This document shows, in pieces, positions 24,716-38,817 of a stretch of DNA of 64,000 nucleotides. The translations under genes and the position numbers were made by a program. Source of the DNA: Vicugna vicugna (taxonomy: Eukaryota); contig MU058824.1 in the NCBI GenBank assembly GCA_013265495.1, positions 5,048,691 to 5,112,690 on the forward strand, written 5' to 3'. Positions within the stretch are counted from its first letter, which is position 1; each line of letters starts with the position of its first letter. A model generated the notes under the pieces. That model was not told the DNA's origin and did not search any database. It saw only the letters and a program-made list of their open reading frames with translations.

Positions 24716-25929
24716 TTGAATTTTTTTTTAAATTTAGATTATCATTTTCTCTAGGAAGCCTTTCCTAATCATCCCAAATTTTGATTAAGTTTTCTTCCTC
24801 TATACTTCTCTACTATTCACTTACCACATGGTACTGGTTACATTTTTCCTCCTCTCTGGATTTGAGCTCACTAAGGTCAAGGACTTTTATTTCTGTACCC
24901 CTAGTGCCTAGCATGGTTCTTAGCATGAAGAAGAGGTGTCCAATAACTGTGTAATGAACAATTCCATCAATTGCTGATATTTACAGTTCTGTCAATCATG
25001 TTTTATCAATCAAATTCATTTCTTACCAGATTGTACCAGTAAAACCTATAATAAGAAGCCATTAAATGACCAGACTTTTATGGGAATAACAGACAGTTTT
25101 ACATATATATATGTGTGTTTACATATACACACACAAACACACACACTATAAACACTATGCCCAGGTTAGGCACTTAAATGTTGTAATCAAATAAGACTTT
25201 GATACATTAATCTGACATTCTTAACATGCATAATTATATAACATAGTAATTGAACAGAAATCATAATAAGTTGATGTAAAGACTACAATTAGCCACATCA
25301 AGTTCTTTCTGTAAGAAGGCAGGATAGAAATAAATAAGTGAGTCAGAAGACTACAATTTACATTATTTTTATCAGCCAAATCATATTATTATAGTTTCTC
25401 TTTTCTTTGTTAGTTTGCTAGCACCTATAATTAGCATCAGTATCAACTGCTTCCACTGATACCACATGTACAATGTAAAACTCATCATCCACTCTTACTG
25501 ACAGAAGTCCTAGGACCACTGCACAGAAGTTCCTAGAACCCACTACTAAAATAAGACTCCCTACACTTTAAGGAGTCTGTAACTAGTGTATTTTCCTGTC
25601 TTAAAGTCCTAGTCCAGGATTACAGGTAGCAGAAGCTGTGAACTGATTCTTTACTTCCAGCCAGTAAGAGGTTCCCTGGCCAGGACTAAGGGAATGGAGT
25701 GGGCTATCTTTTGAATTCTCTCTTATACTTTTCATTTATCCTACTATGAATATCCTTCTTTTCAATCAGTACATTTCAATTAGCTTCTTTAAAAGTCATC
25801 TCTAAACTCATCTCCTCTGGAAAGCCTTCCAGAACAAGCTACATGCCATTCTTAACCATTTGCTTCCTTGCCACCTTAACACTTCCCTCTCTGTTTCCAA
25901 GGTATTGCTATTAAAAATGAACTGCAATC

Positions 25930-26068
25930 ACAGAGAAAAAAAAAATGTGACAATGAATATATGTATGTTCATGTATAACTGAAAAATTGTGCTCTAAATT
26001 AGAATTTGACACAACATTGTAAAATGACTATAACTCAATAAAAAAAGTTAATAAAAAAAGAAAAAAGA
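25930..26068 (+). mobile_element. Short 5'-truncated young L1 3' end
   Basis: TGAAAAATTGTGCTCT...GACACAACATTGTAAAATGACTATAACTCAATAAAAAA; same family as 23915 and 33964. Confidence 0.8.
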
Positions 26069-26231
26069 AGGATATCTGATGCTATGAAATGGAATCCTTT
26101 GACTGAATTTGTTAACAACGGAGAAGGAATCTGGAAATACAGAGTCTCCCTCTGGATCACAGTGTAAACTATTGAGATTTTCTTTACTGTATCTGTAAAA
26201 ATCACATTTTTTGAATCAACAAGCCAAACCT

Positions 26232-26438
26232 ATGTGGTCTAACATGGTAGGCCACTAGTCACATGTCTATTTAAATTTAAATTAATTAAAATTAAATAAA
26301 CTTAAAAATTCAGTTCCTCAGAAGCACTAGCCCCATTTCAACTGCTCAACAGCCACATGTGACTAGTAGCTACTACACTGGACAGCAGAGATTACAGAAC
26401 ATTTCCATCACTGCAGGAAGTTCTACTGGGCAGTGCTG
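26232..26438. mobile_element. MER3/MER33-like hAT DNA transposon relic
   Basis: GCCACTAGTCACATGT...AAAATTCAGTTCCTCAG...CACATGTGACTAGTAGC...AGAACATTTCCATCACTGCAG. Confidence 0.7.
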
Positions 26439-26669
26439 ATCTACACTAAATGGTTTGTAAAGTATTCTTCAGCGATAAGTTCAATGACCTTCAGAATCAT
26501 TCTTCAACTATCTCTCCTGCCCTGTGCAACTATACCTACAAGATATGATGATCACAGGCGTTTGTGTTTATTTTATGGCCAAAAAGTTATCATATATACT
26601 AAAAAAAAATTATATTCAGAATTAGAAGAAATAAAATTTAAAAATAAAAAAAATTTTAATGAACTGCAA

Positions 26670-26875
26670 GATATACATTATTATATATAAAACAGATAAA
26701 CAACAAAGAACTATTGTACACCCCACAGAACTATATTCAATTTCTTGTAATAAGCTATAAGGGAAAAGAGTCTGAATATATATGTGTATGTATAACTAAA
26801 TCACTTTGCTGTACACCTGAAACTAACATTGTAAATCAACTGCACTTCAATAAAAAAGATTAAAATTAAAAAAAA
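26670..26875 (+). mobile_element. L1 3'UTR fragment
   Basis: ATAAACAACAAAG...TCACTTTGCTGTACACCTGAAACTAAC...AATAAAAA. Confidence 0.75.
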
Positions 26876-27399
26876 TGAACTGAAAGGAACTGTAAAAATT
26901 AAAATATAAGCAGAAAGACATGCTGATAAATCAGATATGGACCCCAAACAAAGAGGAGGGCCCAGTTATCTATCAAGAGCCAAAATAGAAAGTCAAGAAA
27001 TAGAAGAGGACCAAGATGGTAGAGGAAGAAAAGACAAGGTAAGCAGACAAGTAGGAAGCAGACTCTGAGTGAATCATGGCACAGGAACTGTTGACTCTGG
27101 CTGTTTTCACCGTGCTCTCTGCAGTAAGATTTGTAGGAAGTCTGGTTAAACCTAAAAGCCAAGGGAGCAGAAAGCACTCTCATACTTTGCTAGTGAGGGT
27201 GAAAACAGTACAGTTTCTAGAGAGGACAATTTTGTAGTATCTTCCAAAATGTTTAATGCATTGTTAAATGTACAATGCTTTGACTCAGTAATCTCATTAT
27301 TAGCAATTCATTCAATACGTATACATGTATGAAATTATGTATGTAACATGATATCACTGTAACAGCAGATATTGGAAGCAGCTTAAATGTCTGTTAACA

Positions 27400-27925
27400 G
27401 CAATTCCAATCCTAGGTATATACCCAAAAGAACCGAAAATAGGCATTCAAACAAATACTTGTACACAATTGTTCATAGCAGCACTACTCACAGAAGCCAA
27501 AAATTGGGGTGGGGGACCAAATGCTAATCAACTACGAATGGTTAAACAAAAGGTGATATATCCATATCATAGAATATTCAGTTATTAAAGGAATAAAGAA
27601 CTGATATGTGCTATAATTGGTATGAACCTTGAAAACATAATTGAAGAAGTCAATCAGAAAAGGTCACATACTATATGATTCTATTTATATGAAATATCCA
27701 GAATAGTGGATCCATAGAGACAGAAAGTACATTAGTAATTACCCAAGGCTGGAGGTTAAGCAAGAATAGGGAGTGACTGCTTAATGGCTATAGGGTCTCC
27801 TTTATGGGTGATGAAAATGCTTTGGAATCATATAGAGGTGATGACTTCATAGTGCTGTGAAGGTACTAAGTGTCACTGAATTATATACTTTAAAATGGTT
27901 AATTTTATGCAAATGAATTTCATCT
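27400..27925 (+). mobile_element. L1MB-like 3' fragment
   Basis: CAGCAATTCCAATCCTAGGTATATACCCAAAAGAAC...CACTGAATTATATACTTTAAAATGGTTAATTTTATG. Confidence 0.75.
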
Positions 27926-29184
27926 TGACTTCTAAAATGTCTGTGAATGGGGACTGGATCCCCATTCTTTCTACATGTAGTATACATCATAAATTGTTAA
28001 GTGAAAAAAAAGAAAGGTTTCAGTGCAAGAGCCAGAACAGGAGACTCAGATAAAAGTGGTAAATCCTAGTAGAAAGGTGGCAAAAAATGAATATGAGCTG
28101 GACTTCTGTCTTCTGGGATCTGAGAAATGAGAAGGAGGAAAGAAAGAGGACACTGATGAGATGGGAGAATCTGCAGAGAGAGACCAGTTGGCCACAAAAT
28201 CCTATTTTCCTGCAGGGCATGTAGTCCTCGATTAAAAAGTGAAAGTAATCAAAGACATAAGGCTTGCTCTCCTGCTTCCATTGCTCACAGAAATAGGTCT
28301 TCACCAAAATTTTAAGTGGCACAGGATTTTCGATCCTACAGTAGATTTAAAAGGAAAGAGGGTGGTATGTGACAAGAGGACACTAGGCATCTGAAGTAAA
28401 AGTAAGAAAAGACAGTGAGATTCAAAAAAATGCTGGGCAGATCCCAAAAGGAACATAAGACCATGTCCCTATCCCTGCAATTCATCAGCCTCATGGAAAG
28501 AAAAAAAAAAGTCCTGTCACTCAGAGAGCAATGGAAGTCTAAGCAAAAGTTTAGAGTATATTACAAAATTCTACTAGAAGATGATGGGTGGTGGGTTCAT
28601 TGCTGCATTCTTAAACTCCAAAACTTACATATATTACACGTATTCTTTCACACATTAAAATAATACAATTAAAATTTTAACTTATTTTTTAAAAATTAAG
28701 ATATTGGAACAGCACACACAAAACTGTGAAAAGTAGTTATCTCAGAGCAGACTGGAGAGGGGGCATTACAGAAAACTTTTCACTTTCTGTATTACTAATT
28801 TCTGAATCATTTGAAGATTTTTGTAGTGAAAATGTTACATGTTTCTTTCTCTTTTTTTAAGTTTAAAGTAAAAAAGAGACAGATTTAGTATATTGGAAAA
28901 GAATTCTTCACACTACCCTGCAAAGTGACCCCCAAGAATTCAAAATTAGTGAGGAAACTAGCATATTCTGTGAACATAAACTTCAGGAAGTCCTTAACCC
29001 AGTAATAAATATGTGAAAGTCATTCTAGGAGGGTGAATGAGGACAGAAGAAACATTCTTATTGTATTCAAAGCCAGGATTTCAGGGAAACAGATCTTTGC
29101 CCTGGAAAGCAACCCAGAAAATAAACCATCTATTTCCCTATAGTTTCAATAAAATCTTGAAACATAGCAAGAATCCAAAATGGT

Positions 29185-31262
29185 CATTAATGAAATATCA
29201 GAAAAGGAAAGTAAAGAAACAATCCCTTTTAAAATAGCATTCAAAAAAATAAAAATACTTAGGAATAAATCTGACCAAGGAAGTGAAAGACATATGCAGA
29301 GAACTACAAAACACTGACTAAGGAAATGAAAGATGTCTTAAGGGAATGGAAAGATATCCCATGTTCTTGGATTCGAAGAATTAATATTGTTAAAATGGCC
29401 ATACAACCCAAGGCAATCTACAGATTTAATGTCATCCCTATCAAATTATCCAGGACATTATTCACAGAACTAGAACAAATAATCCTAAAAATGTGTATGT
29501 AATCACAAGAGACCCAGAATTGCCAAAGCAATATTGAAGAAGAAGAATGAAGCTGGAGGAATAACCCTCCCAGACTTCAGAAAATACTACAGAGCTACAG
29601 TAATCAAAACAGCATGGCATTGGTACAAAAACAGACTTATAGATCAGTGGAACAGAATAGACAACCCAGAAATAAACCCACAGACTTTTGGTCAATTAAT
29701 CTTTGACAAAGGAGGTAAGAATACACAATGGCGTAAAGACAGTCTCTTCAGCAAATGGTGTTGGGATAACTGGACAGCTGCATGTAATGAAACTGGAATA
29801 CTTCCTCACACCATACACAAAAATAAATTCAAAATGGCTTAGACTTAAACATAAGACAAGACACTATAAACCCCTTAGAAGAAAGCATAGGCAAAACAGT
29901 ATCTGACATAAATCTTAGCAATGTTCTCCTAAGACAGTCTACCCAGGCAAAGAAAGAAAAGCAAAAATTAAAAAATGGGACCTAATTAAACTTACAAGCT
30001 TTTTACATAGCAAAGGAAATCATAAGCAAAACAAAAAGACAACCTACGGAATACAAGAAAATATTTACAAAAGATGAGACTGACAAGAACTTAATTTCCA
30101 GAATATATAAATAGCTCATACAACTTAATAAGAAAAAAACCAACAACCCAATCTAAAAATGGGCAGAAGACCTAAACAAGCAACTCTTCAATGAAGACAT
30201 TCAAACAGCCAATAGGCACATGAAAAAATGCTCAATATCACTAATTATTAGAGAAATGCAGATCAAAACTACAACGAAGTATCTCTTCACAGCAGTCAGA
30301 ATGGCCATCATTTAAAAGTCAACAAATGATAAATGCTGGAGAGGGTGTGGAGAAAAGGGAACCTTCCTACACTGTTGGTGGGAATGTAAATTGGTGCAGC
30401 CGTTATGGAAAACAGGATGGAAATTCCTCAAAAAACTAAAAATAGACTTACCATATGATCCAGAAATCCCACTCCTGGGCATATATCCAGAAGGAACTTT
30501 TATTTAAAAAGACATATGCACCCTAATGCTCATAGCAGCACTATTTACAGTAGCCAAGACATGGAAACAACCTAAATGTTCATCAACAGATGACTGGATA
30601 AACAAGTTGTGGTATATTTATACAATGAATACTACTCAACCACAAAAATGACAACATAATGCCATTTGCAGCAACATGGATGGAACTGGAGATTGTCATT
30701 CTAAGCGAAGTAAGCCAGAAAGAGAAAGAAAAATATCATATGATATCACTTACATGTGGATTCCAAAAAAAGACAAATGAACTTACTTATAAATCAGAAA
30801 TAGAGTCACAGACATAGAAAACAAACTTATTGTTACCAGAGGTGGAAGAGAATGGGAAGGGATAAATTGTGAGTTCAAGATTTGCAGATACTACTATATA
30901 TAATAGATAAACAACAAGTTTATACTGTATAGGACAGGGAACTATACTCAATACCTTGTAGTAACCTATAATGAAAAAGAATATAAAAACAAATATATGT
31001 ATGTATATGTATGACTGCACTATTATGCTGTACATCAGAAATTGATACAACATTGTAAACTGACTATACTTCAATTTAAAAAGTTTCTTTTGTAAAGCAC
31101 AGGGAACTATGTTCAATATCTTGTAATAACCTTTAATGGAAAAAATATGAAAATGAATATATGTATGTAAATGCATGCCTGGGACATTGTGCTGTACACC
31201 AGAGAATGACACATCATAATGACTGTACTTCAATAAAAAATAAAAATGTTGCAGTGAAAAAA
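29185..31262 (+). mobile_element. 5'-truncated L1 (ORF2 C-terminal part plus 3'UTR), decayed
   Basis: ORF 29534..29842 reads [27 protein letters not shown]...[11 protein letters not shown], a classic L1 ORF2p segment; frameshifted; A-rich tail. Confidence 0.95.
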
Positions 31263-32295
31263 AAGGGGGTCACTGATCAAAAATACTCTAATCTCAAATT
31301 TAAGTCAGCTATGAACAAACATTCTATTATAGTATATAGTAAGCTAAGATCAATTCAAAGGATGGGGGTAAAAATCAAAAGATATCTCTGATGTATACAT
31401 GTATGTTTAGACAAGTGTAAAACCTCTCAAACGACTCATAAGAAATTGCTAATAATGACTGTGGCGAGAGAGCCCAAATGCCTGGTTACAGGAATGGGAG
31501 GGACACCTTTTACTGTAATCCCTTTAACAATAAAAAAAAAAATTGGTACCATTATGCATGTTATCTACTTAATAAATGAATGAATTTTTAAAAAGCAGTA
31601 GCCAAATAAGAAAAGCATGTGTTTCTGAACAGCAAAGCAGATCCCATGAGATTTTTGCCATCAAGGGGTTGCACAGTGGAAAGAACGTGGACCTTAGAGT
31701 CAAATAAATAGAAGTTTTAACTCCAGTTCACCCACTCCCTAGAAACAAGTGATGCAGAAAAAGATAACTGGTTAGGAAACCGGTACAAAAAAAAAATCCC
31801 TCTGTGCTGCTCTTCCTGATACTATGCAAAGTGGCCACCAAGAATTCACAATTAACAAGGAAACCAATATAGTCTATAACTTTTAATCACAGGTGACTTG
31901 AAATAAGACAGCAGAAGTTTAACCTAGAGAGCAATAAACAAGACACTCAAAATTCATGATCTATACTGAAAGCCACATTATGACAAAAAATGATGGGAAA
32001 GTTATGGACCTAGAACTTTTCTTTTATGAGGTAGCACTGCAATGGACAGAGCTAAAGGCCAGCTATTGTGGGGATTAAATAGCCCACTTATAATGCCTTG
32101 AGTTTATGAATAGCATAAGTATTATGTTATGGCTTTGAGAAGTGGATAAATTGTATTTAAATCCAGGGTGGCAGTGTCCTAGAGGAGCATAGGGTGTAAT
32201 TGAGTTCAACAATTTCTTAGGTCTCCCAGGACTATCTTGGGCACCTATATCCCAATTTTAGTGCAAGGCATGGTTAAAGAAAGTTATTAGAAGTC

Positions 32296-33283
32296 TTAAC
32301 AACTCAGTATCAAAAAAAAAAAAAGAAAAACAAAGCACTCTGATTTAAAAAATGGGCAGAGGATCTGAATAGACAGTTTTCCAAAGAAGATACACAGATG
32401 GCCAAGAGGCACATGAAGATGCTCAACATCACTAATCACAAGGAAATGTAAATCAAAACCACAATGAGATACCATCTCACACCTGTCAGAATGGCTATTA
32501 TCAAAAATATAAGGAACAAGTGTTGAGTATGTGGAAAAAAGGGAACCCTCACACACTATTGGTGGGAATGTAAATTGGTACAATCACCATGGAAAACATT
32601 AGGGATGTTCCCCAAAAAATCTAAAAATAGAACCACCATAGATCCAGCAATTACACTTCTAGGTATTTATTCAAAAACAAAAACACTAACTTGCTATGTT
32701 CATTGAAGCACTATTTACAATAGCCAAAATATGGAAGCATTCTATGTGTCCACCGACAGATAAATGGATAAAGAAAATGTAGTGTATATACACAATGGAA
32801 TATTACTCAATCCTAAAGAGAATGAAATCCAGCCATTTACAGCAATGTAGATGAATTTGGGGTGTATTATGCTAAGTGAAATAAGTGAGACAGAGGAAAA
32901 CCAGTATCGTATGATTTCACTTACATGCGTCATCGAAAAAACAAAACAGAAACAGACTCAAAGACACAGAGAACAAACTGGTGGTTGCCAGAGGGAAGGG
33001 GGAACAAACAAAACATGTGAAGGGGATTAAGAGGTACAAACTTCTAGCATAAAATAAGTCACAGGGATATAATACAGAGCATAGAGAATATAGTCAATAA
33101 TATTATTATAACTTTGTATGGTGACAGATGGTAACTAGACTTATTGTGATGATCATTTCATAATGTATAAAAATATCAAATCACTATGTTGTACACCTGA
33201 AACTAATATAATGTTATGTTAATAGTATGTTAATTATAATTCAATAAATAAATAAAACAAAAATTTGAAAAATTTAAAAAAAA
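32296..33283 (+). mobile_element. L1 3' portion (L1MA-like)
   Basis: AAAAATGGGCAGAGGATCTGAATAGAC...AAAACCACAATGAGATACCATCTCACACCTGTCAGAATGGC...A-rich tail. Confidence 0.9.
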
Positions 33284-33963
33284 GAAATCCTGGCAGACTG
33301 TGCTAATGTCTTGAAGGGGCCTGCCAAGGGGCAACATGACTTTGCAAAAGAATGCAGAGGATAGGCTGAGTTCCACCCCTTCAAAAGTTATGGTGAGAGA
33401 TTCTGGATATCTTCAAGACATTGTTGGAAATACGGATTCAGTTTCTATATGCTCCTGAAAGGATGCTAATAGTAGTTCGAACTGTGAGGCCACTAAGTTC
33501 TCTAAGAGATGAATCCCCTTTTTCACTAATTGAAGTATAGTTGATATACTCTAAGAGATGGATTTCCTAATAGGCAGGTGGCTACTGTCATCTGGAAAAT
33601 AAGTAATACAGAAAACAAATAGCTGGGGAACAGTCCACAGGATCTGGTACCAGACAAGCTTTCTTTTCATCTGGAGCTATCCAAAGTAGTTAGGTCTGAT
33701 GGTCAGGAAGTGTCAGGTCCTTTCAGGTTGGTAACCTCTGGCATAAAATTCTAGAATGATAGGTAGTCCCCTAGTTTCCTGCACATGATCACTCCTTGAT
33801 ACGTATTTACCAACCGGTTCCACTCCTTCTGGCATGCGGTAAGTCCAGAATGGAAGAAAAGCATTCTGGATCAGAAACAGAAGGACAAAATTTCCTGTTC
33901 TACTTGAGTCCACCATCGCCTGACTAAGAAAACAAGTCCTGGTCCCCATCAAGAGGCAACCAG

Positions 33964-34079
33964 AGTGACAATGAGTGTGTATATGTCCATGAATGACTGA
34001 AAAATTGTGCTGAACACTGGAATTTGACACAACACTGTAAAATGATTATGAATCAATAAAAAATGTAAAAAAAAAAAAT
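33964..34079 (+). mobile_element. Short young L1 3' end with TSD
   Basis: Poly(A) tail flanked by the direct repeat GAGGCAACCAGA. Confidence 0.85.
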
Positions 34080-36604
34080 GAGGCAACCAGAATACCCCAC
34101 AAGTGTAAAGCTAGTCTTGTTTGTGGTAGGTAGAGAAATGGGACTAAAAGCATTGGCAGTGCTTGTCCAGAGTTCTGTGTTTGGTTGATTCCACTGGAGG
34201 AATTACACCATCATCTGTAGAACAGGTATTAATCTAATGGTCCAGGTGGGGAGCATCTGGTTATATACACAAAATGGCCTATTTCTCTACCTCCCCAAAC
34301 AGGTAGACTATTAAAAATAAGACAAGTCATGGCAAGGCAGTGGATAGGTTTACATGAAGACCAAGAATAACAAGATACAAGAGGAATATTTGTAGTACAG
34401 ATTATGGATACAGCATGTCAGGCCTGATGGCTTAACAGTAGTGGAAAGCACTAACACGTCATGCTTCCTACAAATGAACAATATCAGCATGATGGATCAC
34501 CAGGAAACGTAACAGTAAGAGTTGAAAAGGAAGAAACGGGTAAAACATTTCATATAAATATGTCTCTTCTGGGTATGCTGATAAAAGAAATCCTTTTGAA
34601 GTTAGTGGTGGTCAAATAAGATGTCACAATTTGGTAGCCAAGCAGTGTATTATTGATAGTGCTTCTGAATGTTTGGTCACTGTTATTCATGCATGTGACT
34701 CACACCCAACTGTTCTGAACTGATTCATTCTTTAAGAAAAATTTTAAACAATATGTTGAGTTACGCCCTATTTTACTAATTTAAAAGACTGATTCATACT
34801 CAGGAAATTCTGGTCTATGACATATGTTGCTATTTATAGGCAACACTGTAACAAAAGCAGTAAACAAAACTTTCATAACAATCAGAGAAATCTCTGAAAT
34901 ATCAATGGTGGGCTGTATTTGAATCAAAAGTTTAAATTTTCTCTGAGGTCCTATTACAAATAAAAACACAGACCCCAAAACTTATTTCAGCCGGAGTAAT
35001 TTATTAGGAGAGACCTTAGGAATATCACCAATAGAAGAGACACAACCTTAAGAGCTACTCAGAACTCTCAAACAAGGAATTATTAGAATGTTGAATTAAA
35101 CTGTGTCAACCTCCATAACCAACCTCCATAACCAACCATTATTTTATTAAGTGTCAAATTCAAACCAAAAAAATAAATCTACAATGACTTCCCTGTCCAT
35201 TGTCAGGTCTGGGATCATTTTTTAATAAATATTTATTAGCTTTTTTAATTAAAATAAATGCACTTGGAGAAAATTTGCAAAGTACAAAAAAGTATAAAGA
35301 AAAAAAAAACTTACCTACAATCCTATCACTGAGAACCACCATTAAAACTATTTCCTGGGGCCTTTTTCCCTATGCTTATGATTTACTTTTTAGATAATTG
35401 GGATCATACTACTTAATCATTTTAGGATCTTGCTTTTAAAACTTATTCACATAATTATTTCCTGTATCTTAAAAAATGACTAAAAGCATATTCCATTACA
35501 TGGAAATGCCGAAATTACCCCACTCTTTCATTAGTTTTGCAACTTTTCTCCATTATTACTAAAGCCTATTTATAAATGTTCTTTTGCATCTCAAGTTAGT
35601 TTCCTTGAATACTTCCTAGAAGTAAAATCACTGAGTTATTTAGAAAGACTGCACCAATTGACACACCCTAGCAGAATGTGAGTACTCATCTTATCAAATC
35701 CTTGCCAGATGCTGAATCACTTTTGGTTCATTTCTCAATTGCAGCCAGTGATACCATCATAGATAATACAGTGGGTGGGCAAAGCAGACAAGTATAAAAA
35801 TTTAGCAGAAAGTTGTAGAACTTAGTAGTCATTAGACTATTTGGTGTTGCAACACAGTGTGCTGCTGCTGCATTCCTTGACAAGACATAGGTAGCAATAT
35901 CCTTACCGAAGAATGAAGTTTGAATACCTTGGTTTCTAAATACCATTTCCCACTAAAAGGAGCCAGGGCTTATTGGAGAAAGGACTCTAAGACTGAGGCA
36001 GAAAAAGGACAAGATGAACCTGAAACACTTTATACCAGGAAAGGAAGGAAATAGTCCAAAAAATGTAGTCATATCGAAAGGACAAAGGATCCGATTTTTT
36101 AAAAATAAACTCCTTTTTATTTTCTATACTAGAAAGACAATACTAAGAAATAATCAAATATTACCCACAGTTTCCTCAGCCCTTTCTTGTAAGGGTCCTT
36201 TCTTTTTTTACGTTTCAAATTTCCCAGCAGTAAAGAATCCCCACCCCCACCTAATTGTAAGAGAGGAGAACAAAGAAGGGTTTGTCCATAGCTGTTGTTT
36301 CTTTGGAGCTGAGGTGATCTGCCAAGGATCTGACTTAAAAGGACTCCCATAGGCCAAATTCGGGACACTCTGCACATCAAAGAGAATGACAGAGCTGGAT
36401 TATAAAACACTGAGTTAAAAAAAGAATTCATGAGTCCATAATGATAGTCATAAAAAGGAAGGCTAGAAGAGCAGGGAAAGCTCTTCTTTACAGAAGACTA
36501 ACAGCTACTCAGTGTAAAACGAATGATAGAATAAGAAAATCATTTTGCAACCACCAATAAATTTAGGCAATGATCATAACAGATTCTAAAATTAATGGAT
36601 GGCA

Positions 36605-36740
36605 GGGGAGGGTATTGCTCTGTGGTAGAGTGCTTGCAAAGCATGCACGAGGTCCTGGGTTCAATCCCCAGTACCTCCATAAATAAATAAATAAACTTAA
36701 CTATCTCCCCCTAAAACAAACAAACAAACAAAAAATAAAT
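36605..36740 (+). mobile_element. tRNA-derived SINE (vic-1-like)
   Basis: GGGGAGGGTATTGCTCTGTGGTAGAG...GAGGTCCTGGGTTCAATCCCC (Pol III A/B boxes), A-rich tail, near-direct repeats AAAATTAAT(G/C)GATG. Confidence 0.85.
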
Positions 36741-38143
36741 AAAATTAATCGATGAAGAGTTATGAGAAAATAGGCTATACATACACAGTCTCAAAGTATT
36801 ACCTACCTACCCACTCCCAACAGTTTATTTATTAACAACAAAGAAGAAAAAATACCTTAGCAGTGGAGAGACCCCCATAACATCACCTGAACTAATAATT
36901 AACATTAACATTATAAATAAAGGGACAAATTGACATCAGCTATGTAGTAACCAGAACCAATTATGAAGAAACTATCAGAGAAACCCAAGTTTTAGGCAAT
37001 TTTGAAAGAATGTAACTGGATCATTGTCAGTTGTCCTGCAGAATGTCTATGTCTACCTGGACTCAGCAACCTTTTAGGAGAGCAGTTATTGGTGAACAGA
37101 GGTTACTCCTTCCCTACCCTACCTCCTAGGGAAGGAAAGATTAATGTTTCTCTTCTCTGAATCCAACTGAGAAGTTCCAAGATTCACAAAGTTTGGGATG
37201 TTTGCAAGAATGGGAGCCAAACAGGTTGGAGGTCCACTTGCATGGGAGAATTGCTGATCTGAACCCTGTACCTAACTAAGCAGACAAAAAGTGGGCTGGA
37301 CAGAGGAAGCAGGGCTGGGACACAGAGGAGAAAGTGAAATTGCTTGCATATCCTGTGTTTCTCAGAGCAAGAATAAGTGAACTCCTCGTGGGTCAAATAA
37401 ATTCTACAGAATATGGTTGGGCCTGAGCTGTCTTGATACTCCCCCACTCAAGAAGCCTGCATGTGTCCCCTTTAGTTGTAACTGGCAAAGTCCCTGCTGG
37501 TATAATCCCATCTCTATTCCTGGCTTCTGCTGATGGCTGGCTAAACCCATGAGTCACACTCATAATCTCTTTAGTGTTCTCCTCAGAACAAGATTTCTCA
37601 TTTTTCACAATATATAGGCAAAGGATAGGCTAAGAATTTCCAAATCTCCAAGTTCTGGTTCCTTTTTACCTAACAATTCTGCTTAATTCAACCTTCTCCT
37701 CTTGCAGTTAAGGAAAACTCAAGTCAAACCTTCAATATTTAGCTTAGAAATCTCTGCTAAATATCCAATTTGATCGCTTACAAACTCTACCCTTCAAAGC
37801 ACTCGAACAATTCAGCCAAGTTCATTGCCACTTTATAATAAGAAATATCTTTTTTCTAGTTCCCAATAAACTGTTCCTCATTTCCATCAGACACTTTTCC
37901 AGAATGGCCTTTACCATCCATATGTCTGTCAAGAGTCCCTTCACAGCAATATTGGCTTTTTCTAGCATGCACCTCAGAATTCTTCCAGCCTTTACCCACT
38001 ATCCAGTTCCAAAGCCATTTTCACATTTTTAGGTATTTGTTACAGCAGCACCTCACCTCTCAGCACCAAAATCTGTTAGTCTACTTGGGCTGCCATAACA
38101 AAATACCATAGAATGGATGGTTTAAACAATAGAAATTCGTATC

Positions 38144-38590
38144 TGTCAACAAAAAATTAATCAATCTAAGAAAGAAATGGAAAATTTAGTTTGAGCCAAA
38201 TATAACCCAGAAAGCATCTTAGAAAGCTCTGAGAACTGTTTCGCTGGTTAGAAATCAAGGCACAGTTATATAAGATTTTTGGGCCAGAGGGCTATACATC
38301 AAATGAATGTATTATTGACAATTTACACAGTCTAGATCTAAGCGCCTGGTAGGTCATGTGACCCCCTACAAGATCAGGAAGGAATGTTAGCTTTTAAGGA
38401 GTTGTCTTGTTGATGCTTGGAGAATGTTGCTCTTTACAGTTGAGCAGATATTTCTGTTGATGGGGGAGGTCTGGTCAATGATAATGCAAATACATAATGC
38501 ACAGTGAGGGGAGAGAGGAGGCCAAAAGGCAGAGAAAATTTTCTTATGTTTCAATTTTTTTTGTCTTGAATATATGAACTTTATTTCACA
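38144..38590 (-). mobile_element. Solo ERV LTR, 447 bp (ERV1-like)
   Basis: TG...CA termini flanked by a 4-bp TSD TATC/TATC; orientation inferred from resemblance to ERV1 LTR ends. Confidence 0.75.
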
Positions 38591-38700
38591 TATCCCACAG
38601 GTTTAGAGGCTAGGGATTCTAAGATCAAGGTGCTGGCTGATTTGGTTCCTGATGAAGGTTCTCTTCCTGACTTGCAGATGGCCACCTTCTTGCTGTGAGA

Positions 38701-38817
38701 AGGGCTGATATCCTTGTAAGAAGAGAAGAGACAACCGAGCTCTCTGTGTGGTCTGGATAAATTAATCTCAGGAGAGCTCTCTGTTGTCTCTTCTCTTCTT
38801 ACAAGGATATCAGCCCT
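38701..38817. repeat. Perfect 35-bp inverted repeat (hairpin)
   Basis: 38701-38735 is the exact reverse complement of 38783-38817. Confidence 0.95.

Noticed and set aside
29462..29906. ORFs with real protein similarity
   Set aside because: Fragments of decayed L1 ORF2, not a host gene or an intact element.
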